Shown here: one piece after another, positions 28,657 to 38,247 of the stretch
Numbering within the stretch: position 1 is the first letter of the stretch
Layout: each line of letters starts with the position of its first letter
Origin: Candidatus Eiseniibacteriota bacterium
GTDB taxonomy: Bacteria > Eisenbacteria > RBG-16-71-46
Direction of reading: 5' to 3'
DNA: 64,000 nt
Assembly (NCBI GenBank): GCA_041483195.1
Contig: JBGPFC010000009.1
Location: 1 to 64,000 of the forward strand
Position numbers and translations under genes: made by a program
Notes under the pieces: model-generated
What the model saw: the letters and a program-made list of their open reading frames with translations, nothing else
The model's database searches: none
Told to the model about the DNA's origin: nothing

Positions 28657-29046
28657 TCAGGCGGCGATCGGGAGATCTTCCGCCCGCGCGCCCGAGACCG
28701 ACCCCCACCTTCCGAGCAGGGTGCGCGCGTCCACGCGTGCGAAGGGAAACTCGAGGGATTCGATCTGGTCGAGCAGGCAGAGCCGTCGTTCGATCTCGAG
28801 CGTGCGCTCTTCGTCCGGCGTCGCGCCGGCGCGCACCCGGGCGATGAGCTGGTGAACGCGGAGCCGGGCCAGCGCCTCGACCATGACCTCGCGGCGGTAG
28901 TGGGCGGCCGCGGTCTCGAACAGCCGATCCGCGGTCGAGAGGTCCCCGCGCGACATCGCGAGCAGCGCCCCGCGATGCAATGCGGAGCCGCTGAATGCCG
29001 ACGGGAGGTGCGGCGCGAATGGCCAGAGCAGCCGTGAGTCGAGCAT
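28657..29046 (-). CDS. Hypothetical helical (TPR-like) protein
   Basis: Fills the glyA-moxR gap on the gene strand with normal composition (ALLAMSRGDLSTADRLFETAAAHY). ATG 29046 chosen because the upstream ATGs fall in or next to the sigma54 -12 box. Confidence 0.65.
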   Translation of the reverse strand: MLDSRLLWPFAPHLPSAFSGSALHRGALLAMSRGDLSTADRLFETAAAHYRREVMVEALARLRVHQLIARVRAGATPDEERTLEIERRLCLLDQIESLEFPFARVDARTLLGRWGSVSGARAEDLPIAA

Positions 29047-29093
29047 GGTTGCGAGAGAGCCCCAGTGGAACGGACGTCGTCCACGATTCATCA

Positions 29094-29109
29094 TGCACGA
29101 AGGGTGCCA
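29094..29109 (-). promoter_or_regulatory. Sigma54 (-24/-12) promoter
   Basis: TGGCACCCTTCGTGCA versus consensus TGGCACG-N4-TTGCW, with exact GG-N10-GC spacing. IHF-like CAAGGCGTTA at 29133-29142. Confidence 0.65.
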
Positions 29110-29248
29110 CAGGTGATTCCGCACGGCGCGGCTAACGCCTTGGGGCACAGCAGACTCGGCCGCGCATCTCGCACTGTTTCGAACTCCGGCACCCGCACCC
29201 TTGCATCTTCTCCGCGCGTCGATTCAGCTTGCACGGGCCGCGCGCCGC

Positions 29249-30505
29249 TCAGGCGCGCAGCACCGGGTCGCGCGCGAACAGCGGGAATCCGGCGCAGAGT
29301 TCGCGCACCTCGCGCTCGACCGATTGCGCGAGCGCAGCGTCGTCCGGGCGTTCGAGCACCCGCGCGATCCACTGCGCGATCCGGCGCATCTCTCCAACGC
29401 CGAAACCGCGAGTGGTGAGCGCCGGGGTGCCGAGCCGCATACCGCTCGTGATCCAGGGCTTCTGCGGATCGTTCGGCACGGCGTTCTTGTTCACGGTGAT
29501 GCGCGCGCGATGCAGCGCTTCTTCCGCGGTCTTGCCGGTCATGCCGAGGCGCCGAAGATCCACCAGCAGCAGGTGATTGTCGGTCCCGCCCGAGACCAGG
29601 TCGAAGCCGTGCGCCACGAGCGCCTCGGCGAGCGTTCGCGCGTTCTCGACGACGCGTCGCTGGTAAGCGACGAATCCGTCGCTCAGCGCCTCGCCAAAGC
29701 ACACCGCTTTCGCAGCGATGACGTGCATCAGCGGACCGCCCTGCAGCCCGGGAAAGACCGACTTGTCCAGCTTCTCGGCCAGCGTCGCGCGGCACAACGC
29801 GAAGCCTCCGCGCGGGCCACGCAGGGTCTTGTGGGTGGTGCTGGTCACGATGTCGGCGTGCGGCACCGGGCTGGGATGCAGCCCGGCGGCGATCAGTCCC
29901 GCGATGTGCGCCATGTCGACGACCAGCGTGGCGCCGACCTCACCCGCGATCGCGGCGAGGCGCTCGAATTCGATGACGCGCGGATACGCGCTCGCGCCCG
30001 CCACCAGAATCCGCGGGCGATGCTGCTTCGCGAGCGTCTCGACCTGTTCGTAGTCGAGCCGCCCGTCGTCGAGACGCACCCCGTACTGGACGGACTTCCA
30101 GAGCTTCCCGGTCACGCTCACCGGGTGCCCGTGCGTGAGATGGCCCCCGTGCGCGAGGCTCATCCCGAGCAGGGTGTCGCCGGGCTGCGAGACCGCGAGA
30201 TACGCCGCGAGATTGGCCGAAGCGCCGGAGTGCGGCTGGACATTGGCATGCTCGGCGCCGAACAGCCGCTTCACCCTCGCGATCGCCTGGGTCTCCGCGA
30301 CATCGACGAACTCGCAACCGCCATAGTAGCGTTTGCCCGGGAGGCCCTCCGCGTACTTGTTCGTCATCACGGAGCCGGCCGCCTCGAGCACGGCCGGGCT
30401 CACGAAGTTCTCGGACGCGATCAGTTCGAGGGTCGTGAGCTGGCGCCGGCGCTCGTCCTCGATGGCTTCGAACAGAACCGGGTCCTGGTCGCGTAACTCG
30501 GACAC
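29249..30505 (-). CDS. glyA: Serine hydroxymethyltransferase
   Basis: [26 protein letters not shown] and [12 protein letters not shown] motifs. GTG 30505 preferred; ATG 30529 is the alternative. Confidence 0.97.
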   Translation of the reverse strand: MSELRDQDPVLFEAIEDERRRQLTTLELIASENFVSPAVLEAAGSVMTNKYAEGLPGKRYYGGCEFVDVAETQAIARVKRLFGAEHANVQPHSGASANLAAYLAVSQPGDTLLGMSLAHGGHLTHGHPVSVTGKLWKSVQYGVRLDDGRLDYEQVETLAKQHRPRILVAGASAYPRVIEFERLAAIAGEVGATLVVDMAHIAGLIAAGLHPSPVPHADIVTSTTHKTLRGPRGGFALCRATLAEKLDKSVFPGLQGGPLMHVIAAKAVCFGEALSDGFVAYQRRVVENARTLAEALVAHGFDLVSGGTDNHLLLVDLRRLGMTGKTAEEALHRARITVNKNAVPNDPQKPWITSGMRLGTPALTTRGFGVGEMRRIAQWIARVLERPDDAALAQSVEREVRELCAGFPLFARDPVLRA

Positions 30506-30506
30506 G

Positions 30507-30974
30507 TCAGGACCTCGGCTCGAGGCCATGGGACGTCTCGTACGCCTCGATCTTCTTCACGCGGCGCTCGTGGCGTCCCCCCGCGAACGGGGTATCGAGC
30601 CAGATCCTCAGCCAGCGCAGCGCGTCTTCCGGATTCGCGGTGGTGCGCCCGCCCAGCGCGAGCACGTTCGAGTCGTTGTCCTGGCGCGTGAGCCGCGCGG
30701 TTTCGTCGCTCGTCACCACCGACGCCCGCACCCCGGCCACCTTGTTGGCGGCGATGCTGACACCGATCCCGGTCGCGCACAGCACCACGCCGCGCTCGGC
30801 CTCGCCCCGGGCGACGCGCTCCCCGACGGCGATCGCGAAGTCGGGATAATCCACGGACACCTCGGCGGAGCCGGTCCCGACGTCGATCACCCGGTGGCCC
30901 AGACGCTCGAGGTCGAGTTTCACCCGCTCCTTGAGCGCGTACCCCGCGTGGTCGCTGCCCACCGCGATGTTCAT
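30507..30974 (-). CDS. rpiB: Ribose-5-phosphate isomerase B
   Basis: GSDHAG, DYPD, CATGIG, ANKV and [10 protein letters not shown] motifs. Confidence 0.96.
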   Translation of the reverse strand: MNIAVGSDHAGYALKERVKLDLERLGHRVIDVGTGSAEVSVDYPDFAIAVGERVARGEAERGVVLCATGIGVSIAANKVAGVRASVVTSDETARLTRQDNDSNVLALGGRTTANPEDALRWLRIWLDTPFAGGRHERRVKKIEAYETSHGLEPRS

Positions 30975-31011
30975 GGGTTGGTCCGCGCGGCCCCTCGTGG
31001 CCGGCGCGCGC

Positions 31012-31977
31012 TCAGGGCTGCCGCACCGCGGCGGGAACCGGTGAACCGGCCGCCTGCGGCACCGCCGTGAGCCAGCCATGACGATCGGGGACGTCGCCGC
31101 GCACGATCCCGAAGAACGCGTCCTGCAGGGCCTTGGTCATCGGCCCACGCTCCCCGCTCCCCACCTGAATGCGATCCACCGAGGAGATCGGGGAGATCTC
31201 GACGGCGGTGCCCGCGTAGAACAGCTCATCCGCCGCGTACAGCATCTCGCGCGGCATGATCTCCTCGCGCACGCGAATCCCCATCTCGCCCGCCAGCGTC
31301 ATCACGCTCGCGCGCGTGATTCCCGCAAGGATGCTGCTGCACAGCGGCGGGGTCACCAGCTCGCCCTTGATGACCGCGAACACGTTCTGTCCGCTGCCCT
31401 CGCTCACGAATCCGTGCGGATCGAGCGCGATCGCTTCGACGTACCCGTCGACCAGCGCCTCCATCTTCATCAGCTGCGAGTTCATGTAGTTCGCGGAAGC
31501 CTTGGCCATCGCCGGCAGCGTGTTGGCCGCGAAGCGCTGCCACGAGCTGACCTTGACGGCGACGCCCTTGGTGAGCGCGTCTTCGCCCAGGTACTTGCCC
31601 CATGGGAACGCCGCGATCGCGACCTCCACCGGGCTGCCGAAGGGATTCACGCCCAGGTTCTCGTAGCCGCGATAGATGAGCGGGCGAATGTAGCATTCCT
31701 TCAGATCGTTGAGGCCCACCACCTCGACGCACGCGTCACGCAGCTGTGCGCGTGTGAAGGCGGTCTCCATGCGGTAGATCCGGGCCGAGAGCATGAGCCG
31801 GTCCATGTGCTCTTCGAGCCGGAAGATGGCGGGACCACGTTTCGTGGGGTAACAGCGAATCCCTTCGAACACGCTCGATGCGTAGTGGGCGACGTGGGAC
31901 AGAATGTGAATCTTCGCGTCGTCCCAAGCGACCCACTTGCCGCTCATCCAGATCTTGCTCGCCTTCATGATCGCCAT
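31012..31977 (-). CDS. ilvE: Branched-chain amino acid aminotransferase
   Basis: HYASSVFEG, YIRPL, AKASANY, EGSGQN, ILAGITR and GTAVEI motifs. Confidence 0.95.
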   Translation of the reverse strand: MAIMKASKIWMSGKWVAWDDAKIHILSHVAHYASSVFEGIRCYPTKRGPAIFRLEEHMDRLMLSARIYRMETAFTRAQLRDACVEVVGLNDLKECYIRPLIYRGYENLGVNPFGSPVEVAIAAFPWGKYLGEDALTKGVAVKVSSWQRFAANTLPAMAKASANYMNSQLMKMEALVDGYVEAIALDPHGFVSEGSGQNVFAVIKGELVTPPLCSSILAGITRASVMTLAGEMGIRVREEIMPREMLYAADELFYAGTAVEISPISSVDRIQVGSGERGPMTKALQDAFFGIVRGDVPDRHGWLTAVPQAAGSPVPAAVRQP

Positions 31978-32009
31978 CGTTCACCTCGTGGTCGGACCTC
32001 TGCCCCCGC

Positions 32010-32501
32010 TCAGAGCGAGCGGGCGCGCAGGGCCTCTCGTACGTTGGGCACCAACCGCCGGACATGGCGCCGGATGCGGCGCCAGCATTCTTCGTAGGCT
32101 TCCCGCGATGCTCCGAATGGATCCGAGACCGGGAGCGTCGGCTCCCCCGGCTCCGGCCACTCGCTGAGCACATGGACGCGGCTCGGATCGGCGCCCAGGG
32201 ACTGCACAGATCCCACGTGACCGCGCTCCATGACGATCACCAGATCGGACTCGCGCACGACGGCAGGCGTCACGCGCCGCGCGCGATGCGCTCGAATGTC
32301 GACGCCGTCGGCACGCGCCACCGCGATCGCTTCCGGCGTGGGGGGCTGCCCCTCTCCCGCGGCGGTCCCGGCCGAGGACACGGTCACGCGCTCCCGGTCC
32401 GGCCCCAGATCGTCGAGCAGCGCCGCGGCCGCCAGGGGACTGCGACAGGTGTTTCCGGTGCAGACGAACAACACGCGCAACGTGGGCAGGGACGACGACA
32501 T
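32010..32501 (-). CDS. Low-molecular-weight protein phosphatase, YwlE (arginine phosphatase)-like
   Basis: VLFVCTGNTCRSP, SAGT and DPFG motifs. Confidence 0.92.
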   Translation of the reverse strand: MSSSLPTLRVLFVCTGNTCRSPLAAAALLDDLGPDRERVTVSSAGTAAGEGQPPTPEAIAVARADGVDIRAHRARRVTPAVVRESDLVIVMERGHVGSVQSLGADPSRVHVLSEWPEPGEPTLPVSDPFGASREAYEECWRRIRRHVRRLVPNVREALRARSL

Positions 32502-32509
32502 GATGGAAA

Positions 32510-32538
32510 AGGATAGGGGGCGGTCGGTGACCCGTCAA
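32510..32538 (-). promoter_or_regulatory. Sigma70-type promoter immediately before the phosphatase ATG
   Basis: TTGACG-N17-TATCCT, with only 8 nt between the -10 box and ATG 32501. Confidence 0.6.
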
Positions 32539-33188
32539 ACCGGCGGGGCGGTCGAGCCATCCTCGAAGTCACCGAGATCCGCGGTCACGTCGACGGCGCC
32601 GCGGCGCAGCAGCCGCGGACGCTGGCCGCTCACGTCCACCAGCGTCGAGGGCTGACCGCCGTGGCGCGGTCCACCGTCCAGGACGAGATCCAGCTGGTTG
32701 CCGAACACGCGCACCACCTCGCCGGCCGTCTCGGCGGGGGGCTGGCCCGAGAGGTTCGCGCTGCTCGCCACCACCGGGCCGCCGATGCAGTCGAGCAACT
32801 TGCGGCTCAGCGTGTCGCGCGGACAACGCAGCGCGACCGTGCCCCCGGCTCCGCGGACCCGGGCAGGCACGATCGGGGCGGCGCGGAAGATGAGCGAGAG
32901 CGGCCCCGGCCAGTGACGCTGGATGAGCCGGCTCGCCACCTCGCTGATCTCCACCGCGAGCCCGTACGCCTGGCGCGGCTCGGGAATGAGCGAGATCACC
33001 GCCAGCGAGGGATCGCGACGCTTGAGCCGCGCGATCATCTCCACCGCGGAGACGTCGAACAGCGAACACCCGAGACCGTACAGCGTGTCGGTGGGGAACG
33101 CGATGACGCCCCCGCGCAACACCACTTCCGCAGCGGCGATCAGGGCCGCTTCATCCGGCCGCTCCGGATCGATCGTGATCAGTTCCAT
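32535..33188 (-). CDS. tsaC: L-threonylcarbamoyladenylate synthase (YrdC/Sua5 family)
   Basis: FPTDTLYGLG, KRR, WPGPL, SSANLSG and PSTLVD motifs. Confidence 0.94.
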   Translation of the reverse strand: MELITIDPERPDEAALIAAAEVVLRGGVIAFPTDTLYGLGCSLFDVSAVEMIARLKRRDPSLAVISLIPEPRQAYGLAVEISEVASRLIQRHWPGPLSLIFRAAPIVPARVRGAGGTVALRCPRDTLSRKLLDCIGGPVVASSANLSGQPPAETAGEVVRVFGNQLDLVLDGGPRHGGQPSTLVDVSGQRPRLLRRGAVDVTADLGDFEDGSTAPPV

Positions 33189-33191
33189 CGG

Positions 33192-33680
33192 TCATCGCCT
33201 CCCGGGACGCGCGGCCCGGGCGGCCGGTCGCTGCAGCCTGCGCGCGAGCGCAGGATCGCGGAGCGCGAGGATCCGGAGGGCCAGGTGGGCGGCGTTGCGT
33301 GCTCCCCATGCGCCGACGCCGAGCGTGCCGACCGGGACTCCGGGCGGCATCTGCACCGTGGCGAGCAGCGCGTCGAAGCCCGCCAGCGGCGAACTCGCGA
33401 GCGGAACGCCGAGCACCGGCAGCGTGGAATGCGCCGCCATCGCGCCGGCGAGGTGCGCCGCGCCTCCCGCGCCGGCGATGATCACCTCGAGGCCCCGTGC
33501 GCGCGCGCCACGCGCCCAGCTTCGCGCGGCGTCGGGGGTGCGGTGCGCGGAGCGCACCACCAGCTCGGAAGGCACGCCGAACTCCTCGAGCACGCGCGCC
33601 GCTTCTTCCATGATCACGCGATCCGACTCGCTGCCCATCACGATTCCCACGCGCGGCCGCCTCGTCCGCCTCTTGCCCAT
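33192..33680 (-). CDS. purE: N5-CAIR mutase
   Basis: VMGSESD, SAHRTP, GAGGAAHL and VQMPPGVPV motifs. Confidence 0.96.
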   Translation of the reverse strand: MGKRRTRRPRVGIVMGSESDRVIMEEAARVLEEFGVPSELVVRSAHRTPDAARSWARGARARGLEVIIAGAGGAAHLAGAMAAHSTLPVLGVPLASSPLAGFDALLATVQMPPGVPVGTLGVGAWGARNAAHLALRILALRDPALARRLQRPAARAARPGRR

Positions 33681-33681
33681 G

Positions 33682-35022
33682 CTATGCGCCTCCCCCATCG
33701 GCCGCGCGCGCGAGCGCGGAGCGCTCCCCCCGGCCCACTCCGGCCGCGATATCGGAGCGGCATCGCCACCCGTTCCCCGACAGCGTGCCGATCGCGCCGT
33801 ACACGCGCGCTCGCGCCTCCGCATGCGTAGCCGCGCGCGCGACCACCCAGGCGGCACGGCCACCGCGCACCGTCCATTCCCCCCGCTCGAACGCAGCCGC
33901 CGCGTGAAACACGTGGAGGTCGTCACGCCGAGCCAGTCGATCCAGCCCCTCGATGCGCCCGCCGCCCCGTGGCGCGAGGGGATAGTCCTGATCCACGATC
34001 GCGACCGCGACCGTCGCCCCCGACGCCGGGCGGATGGACGCGACCACCTCCGGGTCGAATGAACCCGCCGCGGCTCCGGCCAGCAGCGCCGCGAAACGTC
34101 CCTCCACCAGCGGCAGCACCACCTGCGTCTCGGGATCTCCGAAGCGGCAATTGAATTCCACCACCATCGGCCCGCGCGCGGTGAGCATCAGGCCCGCGTA
34201 CAGCGTACCCCGGAACGGGGTGCCGAGTGCATCGAGGCGGCCGAGGACCGGCCCCAGCACCTCGTCCGCCACGCGGGCGGCGCGACCCGGCTCGAACGCC
34301 GGACTCGGAGCGCAGGCGCCCATCCCGCCGGTGTTCGGACCGTGGTCGGCGTCGTAGGCGCGCTTGTAGTCGCGCGCGGACGGCAACATGACGAATGCCG
34401 CGCCGCATGCGACGGCCATCACGGAGACCTCCTCGCCTTCGAGGAACTCCTCGATCACCACGCTCCGGCCGGCTGCGCCGAACCGCACGCCCTCGAGGCA
34501 ATCCGCGATGAACGAGCCGGCCTCGCCGAGATCGGGCGTCACCATCACGCCCTTGCCCGCGGCGAGCCCGTCCGCCTTCAGCACCCACGGAGGCTCGAAC
34601 CGTGCGAGCGCCTCGCGCGCCGGATCGAGCGCGGTGAACAGCTCGGCTCGCGCCGTCGCAACGCCGCATTCGCGCATGAGCCGCTTCGCGTACCACTTGC
34701 TCGATTCCAGCCGAGCGGCCTCGGCGCCCGGGCCATAAACCGCGAGCCCCGCCGCGCGCATACGATCCGCCACCCCCGCCGCGAGCGGGACCTCGGGGCC
34801 GATCACGACCAGATCGATCGCGTGGGCGAGCGACGCCGCGATCAGGCCGTCCGCGTCGCAATCCGCGACCGCGATGCGGCGCGCGGAGCGGCCCAGCCCG
34901 TCGTTGCCGGGCGCGACCAGCACCTCATCGACCTCGGGATCGCGCGCGAGCCGCCATGCGAGCGCGTGCTCGCGCCCCCCGGCCCCGACCACCATGACGC
35001 GCCATCTCGCCATTCCGCTCAC
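33682..35022 (-). CDS. purD: Phosphoribosylamine--glycine ligase
   Basis: GAGGREHAL, LESSK, KADGLAAGKGV, GPNTGGMG and EFNCRFGDPE motifs. Start GTG 35022 or ATG 35013. Confidence 0.96.
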   Translation of the reverse strand: MSGMARWRVMVVGAGGREHALAWRLARDPEVDEVLVAPGNDGLGRSARRIAVADCDADGLIAASLAHAIDLVVIGPEVPLAAGVADRMRAAGLAVYGPGAEAARLESSKWYAKRLMRECGVATARAELFTALDPAREALARFEPPWVLKADGLAAGKGVMVTPDLGEAGSFIADCLEGVRFGAAGRSVVIEEFLEGEEVSVMAVACGAAFVMLPSARDYKRAYDADHGPNTGGMGACAPSPAFEPGRAARVADEVLGPVLGRLDALGTPFRGTLYAGLMLTARGPMVVEFNCRFGDPETQVVLPLVEGRFAALLAGAAAGSFDPEVVASIRPASGATVAVAIVDQDYPLAPRGGGRIEGLDRLARRDDLHVFHAAAAFERGEWTVRGGRAAWVVARAATHAEARARVYGAIGTLSGNGWRCRSDIAAGVGRGERSALARAADGGGA

Positions 35023-36476
35023 TCCCCGTCCGCGCCGCCCGCGAGCTCCGCGCGCAGCAGTTCCTGTACCGCCTGGGGCACCGCCTGCCCGCCGCTCTTC
35101 TTCATCACCTGGCCCACCAGAAATCCCAGCGTCGCGGCCTTGCCCGCCCGGTACTGGGCGGCCGGGCCCGGATGCTCCGCGATCACCGCGCGCACCAGCG
35201 GCAGAAGCTCGCTCGCCGCGGACTGCACGCGAACCCCGTGGCGCTCGAGGAGCGCCGGCACGTCGCCGTCCTCGTCGGTCATCCACGCGAACATCTGCTT
35301 CGCGAGCGGGCCGGGCAACTCCCTGGCCGCCACGCGCTCGAGAAAGGCGCCCATGCGCGCCGCGGAGACGCGCTCGCTCCACCGGGTCACGCTCCAGCCA
35401 CGATCCTTGAGCACGCGCATCACCTCGGTCATGACCCAATTGCTGACGAGCTTTCCATCCGCGAGCGCGGCGCAGGCCTCGAAGTAGTCGGCCAGCTCGC
35501 GCTGGTCCCCGATCACCGCCGCGTCGTACGCGGGGATTCCGTACTGCGCCTCGAGACGGGCGGCGCGCTTCCACGGCAATTCGGGCAACCGCGCGCGGGC
35601 ATCCTCGATCCAGGCCGCGCTGACGCGCAGCGTGGGCAGATCGGGCTCCGGGAAGTAACGGTAGTCGTGCGCGTGCTCCTTGGAACGCATCACGGCCAGC
35701 TTGTCGTGGTCGGCGTCGTAGAGGAGCGTACTCTGCTCGACGGTGCCGCCCAGAGCGAGCACCCCGCGCTGCCTCGCGATTTCCGCGGCGAGCCCGCGCT
35801 CCACGCCGCGGATCGAATTCAGGTTCTTGAGCTCGGTCTTGGTGCCGAGTCCTCCGCTACCCGCCGGCCGGATCGACACGTTCGCGTCGCAGCGCAGGTG
35901 CCCCTTCTCCATGTCCCCTTCCGAGATCTGCAACCAGCGAACCAGCCGGCGCAGCTCGGTCAGGAACGCCGCGCACTCGGCGGGTTCGTGGAACACCGGC
36001 TCCGTGACCAGCTCCAGCAGCGGCACGCCGGCGCGATTGAAATCCACGCGCGAGACCGGGCGATCCCCGTGGCGCTCGGGATGGAACGACTTGCCGGTGT
36101 CCTCCTCGAGGTGAATGCGGGTCAGGTCGAAGCGGCGCTCGGCCCCCTCCATCCGCACCGGCAGCGCTCCGCCTTCGCACAGCGGGCGGTCATACTGCGT
36201 GATCTGATAATTCTTGGGCATGTCGGGATAGAAGTAGTTCTTCCGAGCGAACACGCTCTCGTTGCACACCCCGCATCCGAGTGCCAGCCCGAGGCGGAGC
36301 GCGGCGTCGACTGCCGCGTGATTCGCGCGCGGCAACGCTCCCGGCAGCCCCAGACACACCGGGCACACGTTCGCGTTCGGCTGATTTCCGAACGCCGCGG
36401 GGCAGTCGCAGAACATCTTGCTGCGGGTGCTCAACTGGATGTGGCATTCGAGGCCGATCACCGCTTCGTAGGCCAT
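35019..36476 (-). CDS. gatB: Asp/Glu-tRNA amidotransferase subunit B
   Basis: IGLECH, RKNYFYPD, HLEED, RCDANVS, ELKNLNS and DYRYFPEPDLP motifs. Confidence 0.97.
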   Translation of the reverse strand: MAYEAVIGLECHIQLSTRSKMFCDCPAAFGNQPNANVCPVCLGLPGALPRANHAAVDAALRLGLALGCGVCNESVFARKNYFYPDMPKNYQITQYDRPLCEGGALPVRMEGAERRFDLTRIHLEEDTGKSFHPERHGDRPVSRVDFNRAGVPLLELVTEPVFHEPAECAAFLTELRRLVRWLQISEGDMEKGHLRCDANVSIRPAGSGGLGTKTELKNLNSIRGVERGLAAEIARQRGVLALGGTVEQSTLLYDADHDKLAVMRSKEHAHDYRYFPEPDLPTLRVSAAWIEDARARLPELPWKRAARLEAQYGIPAYDAAVIGDQRELADYFEACAALADGKLVSNWVMTEVMRVLKDRGWSVTRWSERVSAARMGAFLERVAARELPGPLAKQMFAWMTDEDGDVPALLERHGVRVQSAASELLPLVRAVIAEHPGPAAQYRAGKAATLGFLVGQVMKKSGGQAVPQAVQELLRAELAGGADGE

Positions 36477-37951
36477 GCGAACTCCCTCGAGTGATCGCGC
36501 GACAGCCGCGTCGCGTCGCCCTCCATCTCGATCGCGCGGCCCGCCCGCAGCAGGATCGGCTCGGCATCCTCGGGCCCGAGCAGCTGTACGGCGCACGGCA
36601 GCCGCGCGCCACCAGCGGCGTCCTCGGGCGCGAGGCCCACCGGGACCGTGAGGCCCGGAATCCCGGCGAGGTTCGCGCCCAGCGTGAAGATGTCGCTCAG
36701 ATACATCGCGAGCGGATCGGAGGTCTTCTCGCCGATGCGAAATGCCAGCGTGGGCGCCGCCGGGAGCAGCATGAAGTCGCAGCGCGTGAAGGCGGTCTCG
36801 TACTCGCGGCGAATGCGTGCCCGGGCGCGCTGCGCCGTGAGGTAGTAGGCGTCGTAGTAGCCGGCCGAGAGCGCGTAGGTCCCGAGCAGGATGCGCCGCT
36901 GGACCTCGGGACCGAAGCCGTCGCTTCGCGTGCGAGTGTAGAGCGACCGCAGGTCGGCGGACTCCGGGTGCCGGAATCCGTAGCGAACGCCGTCGAACCG
37001 CGCCAGATTGGAGCTGGCCTCCGCGGTCGCCACGAGATAGTAGGTGGCGACCGAGTATTCGCCGGGGAGAAACTCGAACGGCACCCGCGACGCCCCCGCC
37101 CGCTCGAGCCACGCCGCCGCGCGCTCGAGCCCCTCGACCACGGCGGGGTCCACGCCTTCCGCCCAGAGGTTCGCCGGCCAGCCGAAACGCAGGCCCCGCA
37201 CCCCGGATTCCCACCCGCTCACGTCGGGCGCCGCGGACCTTCGAGTGGTCGCGTCGAACGGATCTTCGCCAGCGAGCAGCCCGTACACCAGCGCGACATC
37301 GCCGGCGTGACGCGCGAAGATTCCGACCTGGTCGAGCGACGATCCAAACGCGACCAGTCCGTAGCGTGAGAATCGGCCGTAGGTCGGCTTGAGGCCGAAC
37401 ACGCCGCAAAACGCCGCCGGCTGGCGCACCGATCCCCCGGTGTCGGATCCGAGGGCGATCGGACACAGGCCGTACGCGACGGCGGCGGCGGGACCGCCGC
37501 TCGAACCTCCAGGGACTCGCGCGAGATCGTAGGGGTTGCGGGTCGGGCCGTACGCGCTGAACTCGGTGGACGAGCCCATCGCGAACTCGTCCATGTTCCC
37601 CTTGCCGATCACGACCGCCCCCGCCGTCCGCAGCCGCGTCACGACCGTCGCGTCGTACGGCGCCCGGTAACCCGCCAGGATCTTCGAGCCGCAGGTCGTG
37701 AGGTAGTCGGTCGTGCACAGGTTGTCCTTGAGAAGCACCGGCACCCCGCGCAGCGGTCCGTCCGAAGCGGCGGCGGCCGCGGAGCGCCGGGCGGCGGCCT
37801 CGGTGTGCACCACCGCATGGACGCGGGGTTCCCATTCACGGGCGGGCCCATCGAAGCCGGCCTCCACCGCTTCCTCGATCGCCACCGCGCCGGAGCGCAC
37901 CCGCGCCGCGAGCGTCTCCGCGGGGAGTTTCCACAGCATGCGATCGCTCAT
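36458..37951 (-). CDS. gatA: Asp/Glu-tRNA amidotransferase subunit A
   Basis: KDN, NMDEFAMGSS, PGGSSGG, GSDTGGSVRQPA and SSNLARFDG motifs. Confidence 0.97.
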   Translation of the reverse strand: MSDRMLWKLPAETLAARVRSGAVAIEEAVEAGFDGPAREWEPRVHAVVHTEAAARRSAAAAASDGPLRGVPVLLKDNLCTTDYLTTCGSKILAGYRAPYDATVVTRLRTAGAVVIGKGNMDEFAMGSSTEFSAYGPTRNPYDLARVPGGSSGGPAAAVAYGLCPIALGSDTGGSVRQPAAFCGVFGLKPTYGRFSRYGLVAFGSSLDQVGIFARHAGDVALVYGLLAGEDPFDATTRRSAAPDVSGWESGVRGLRFGWPANLWAEGVDPAVVEGLERAAAWLERAGASRVPFEFLPGEYSVATYYLVATAEASSNLARFDGVRYGFRHPESADLRSLYTRTRSDGFGPEVQRRILLGTYALSAGYYDAYYLTAQRARARIRREYETAFTRCDFMLLPAAPTLAFRIGEKTSDPLAMYLSDIFTLGANLAGIPGLTVPVGLAPEDAAGGARLPCAVQLLGPEDAEPILLRAGRAIEMEGDATRLSRDHSREFAWPTKR

Positions 37952-38247
37952 GGGTTCAGGTTCTCGACGATGGGCGGAACGCGGAAGAAACCATCCTCGC
38001 GATCGGGAGCCGCGGCGAGCGCCACCTCCGCTCCGAGCCGCCGGCCGTTCACAACGTCTTCGCGCAGCGGGGCGTCCGCGGGGGCGAAGCTGGTCGGCTC
38101 GCATTCCGTGAGATCGAGGCGGTTGAGCGCCGCGACGAAGTCGATCACCTCGGACAGCTCCTCCCGCATCCGCTCGAGCTGCCCTTCGGGGATCTCGAGC
38201 CGCGCCAGCTCCGCGATGCGCCGCACGTCGTCACGGCTGATCGGCAT
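37948..38247 (-). CDS. gatC: Asp/Glu-tRNA amidotransferase subunit C
   Basis: IAELARL, LRED and FFRVP motifs; directly upstream of gatA. Confidence 0.95.
   Translation of the reverse strand: MPISRDDVRRIAELARLEIPEGQLERMREELSEVIDFVAALNRLDLTECEPTSFAPADAPLREDVVNGRRLGAEVALAAAPDREDGFFRVPPIVENLNP

Noticed and set aside
35019..37835. Apparent long N-terminal extensions or fusions in the ORF track (gatB, purD, frr, cdsA, dxr, rsfS, pfkB, purB, GT4s)
   Set aside because: These are artefacts of choosing the most upstream start. The real starts coincide with upstream stop codons or SD sequences.
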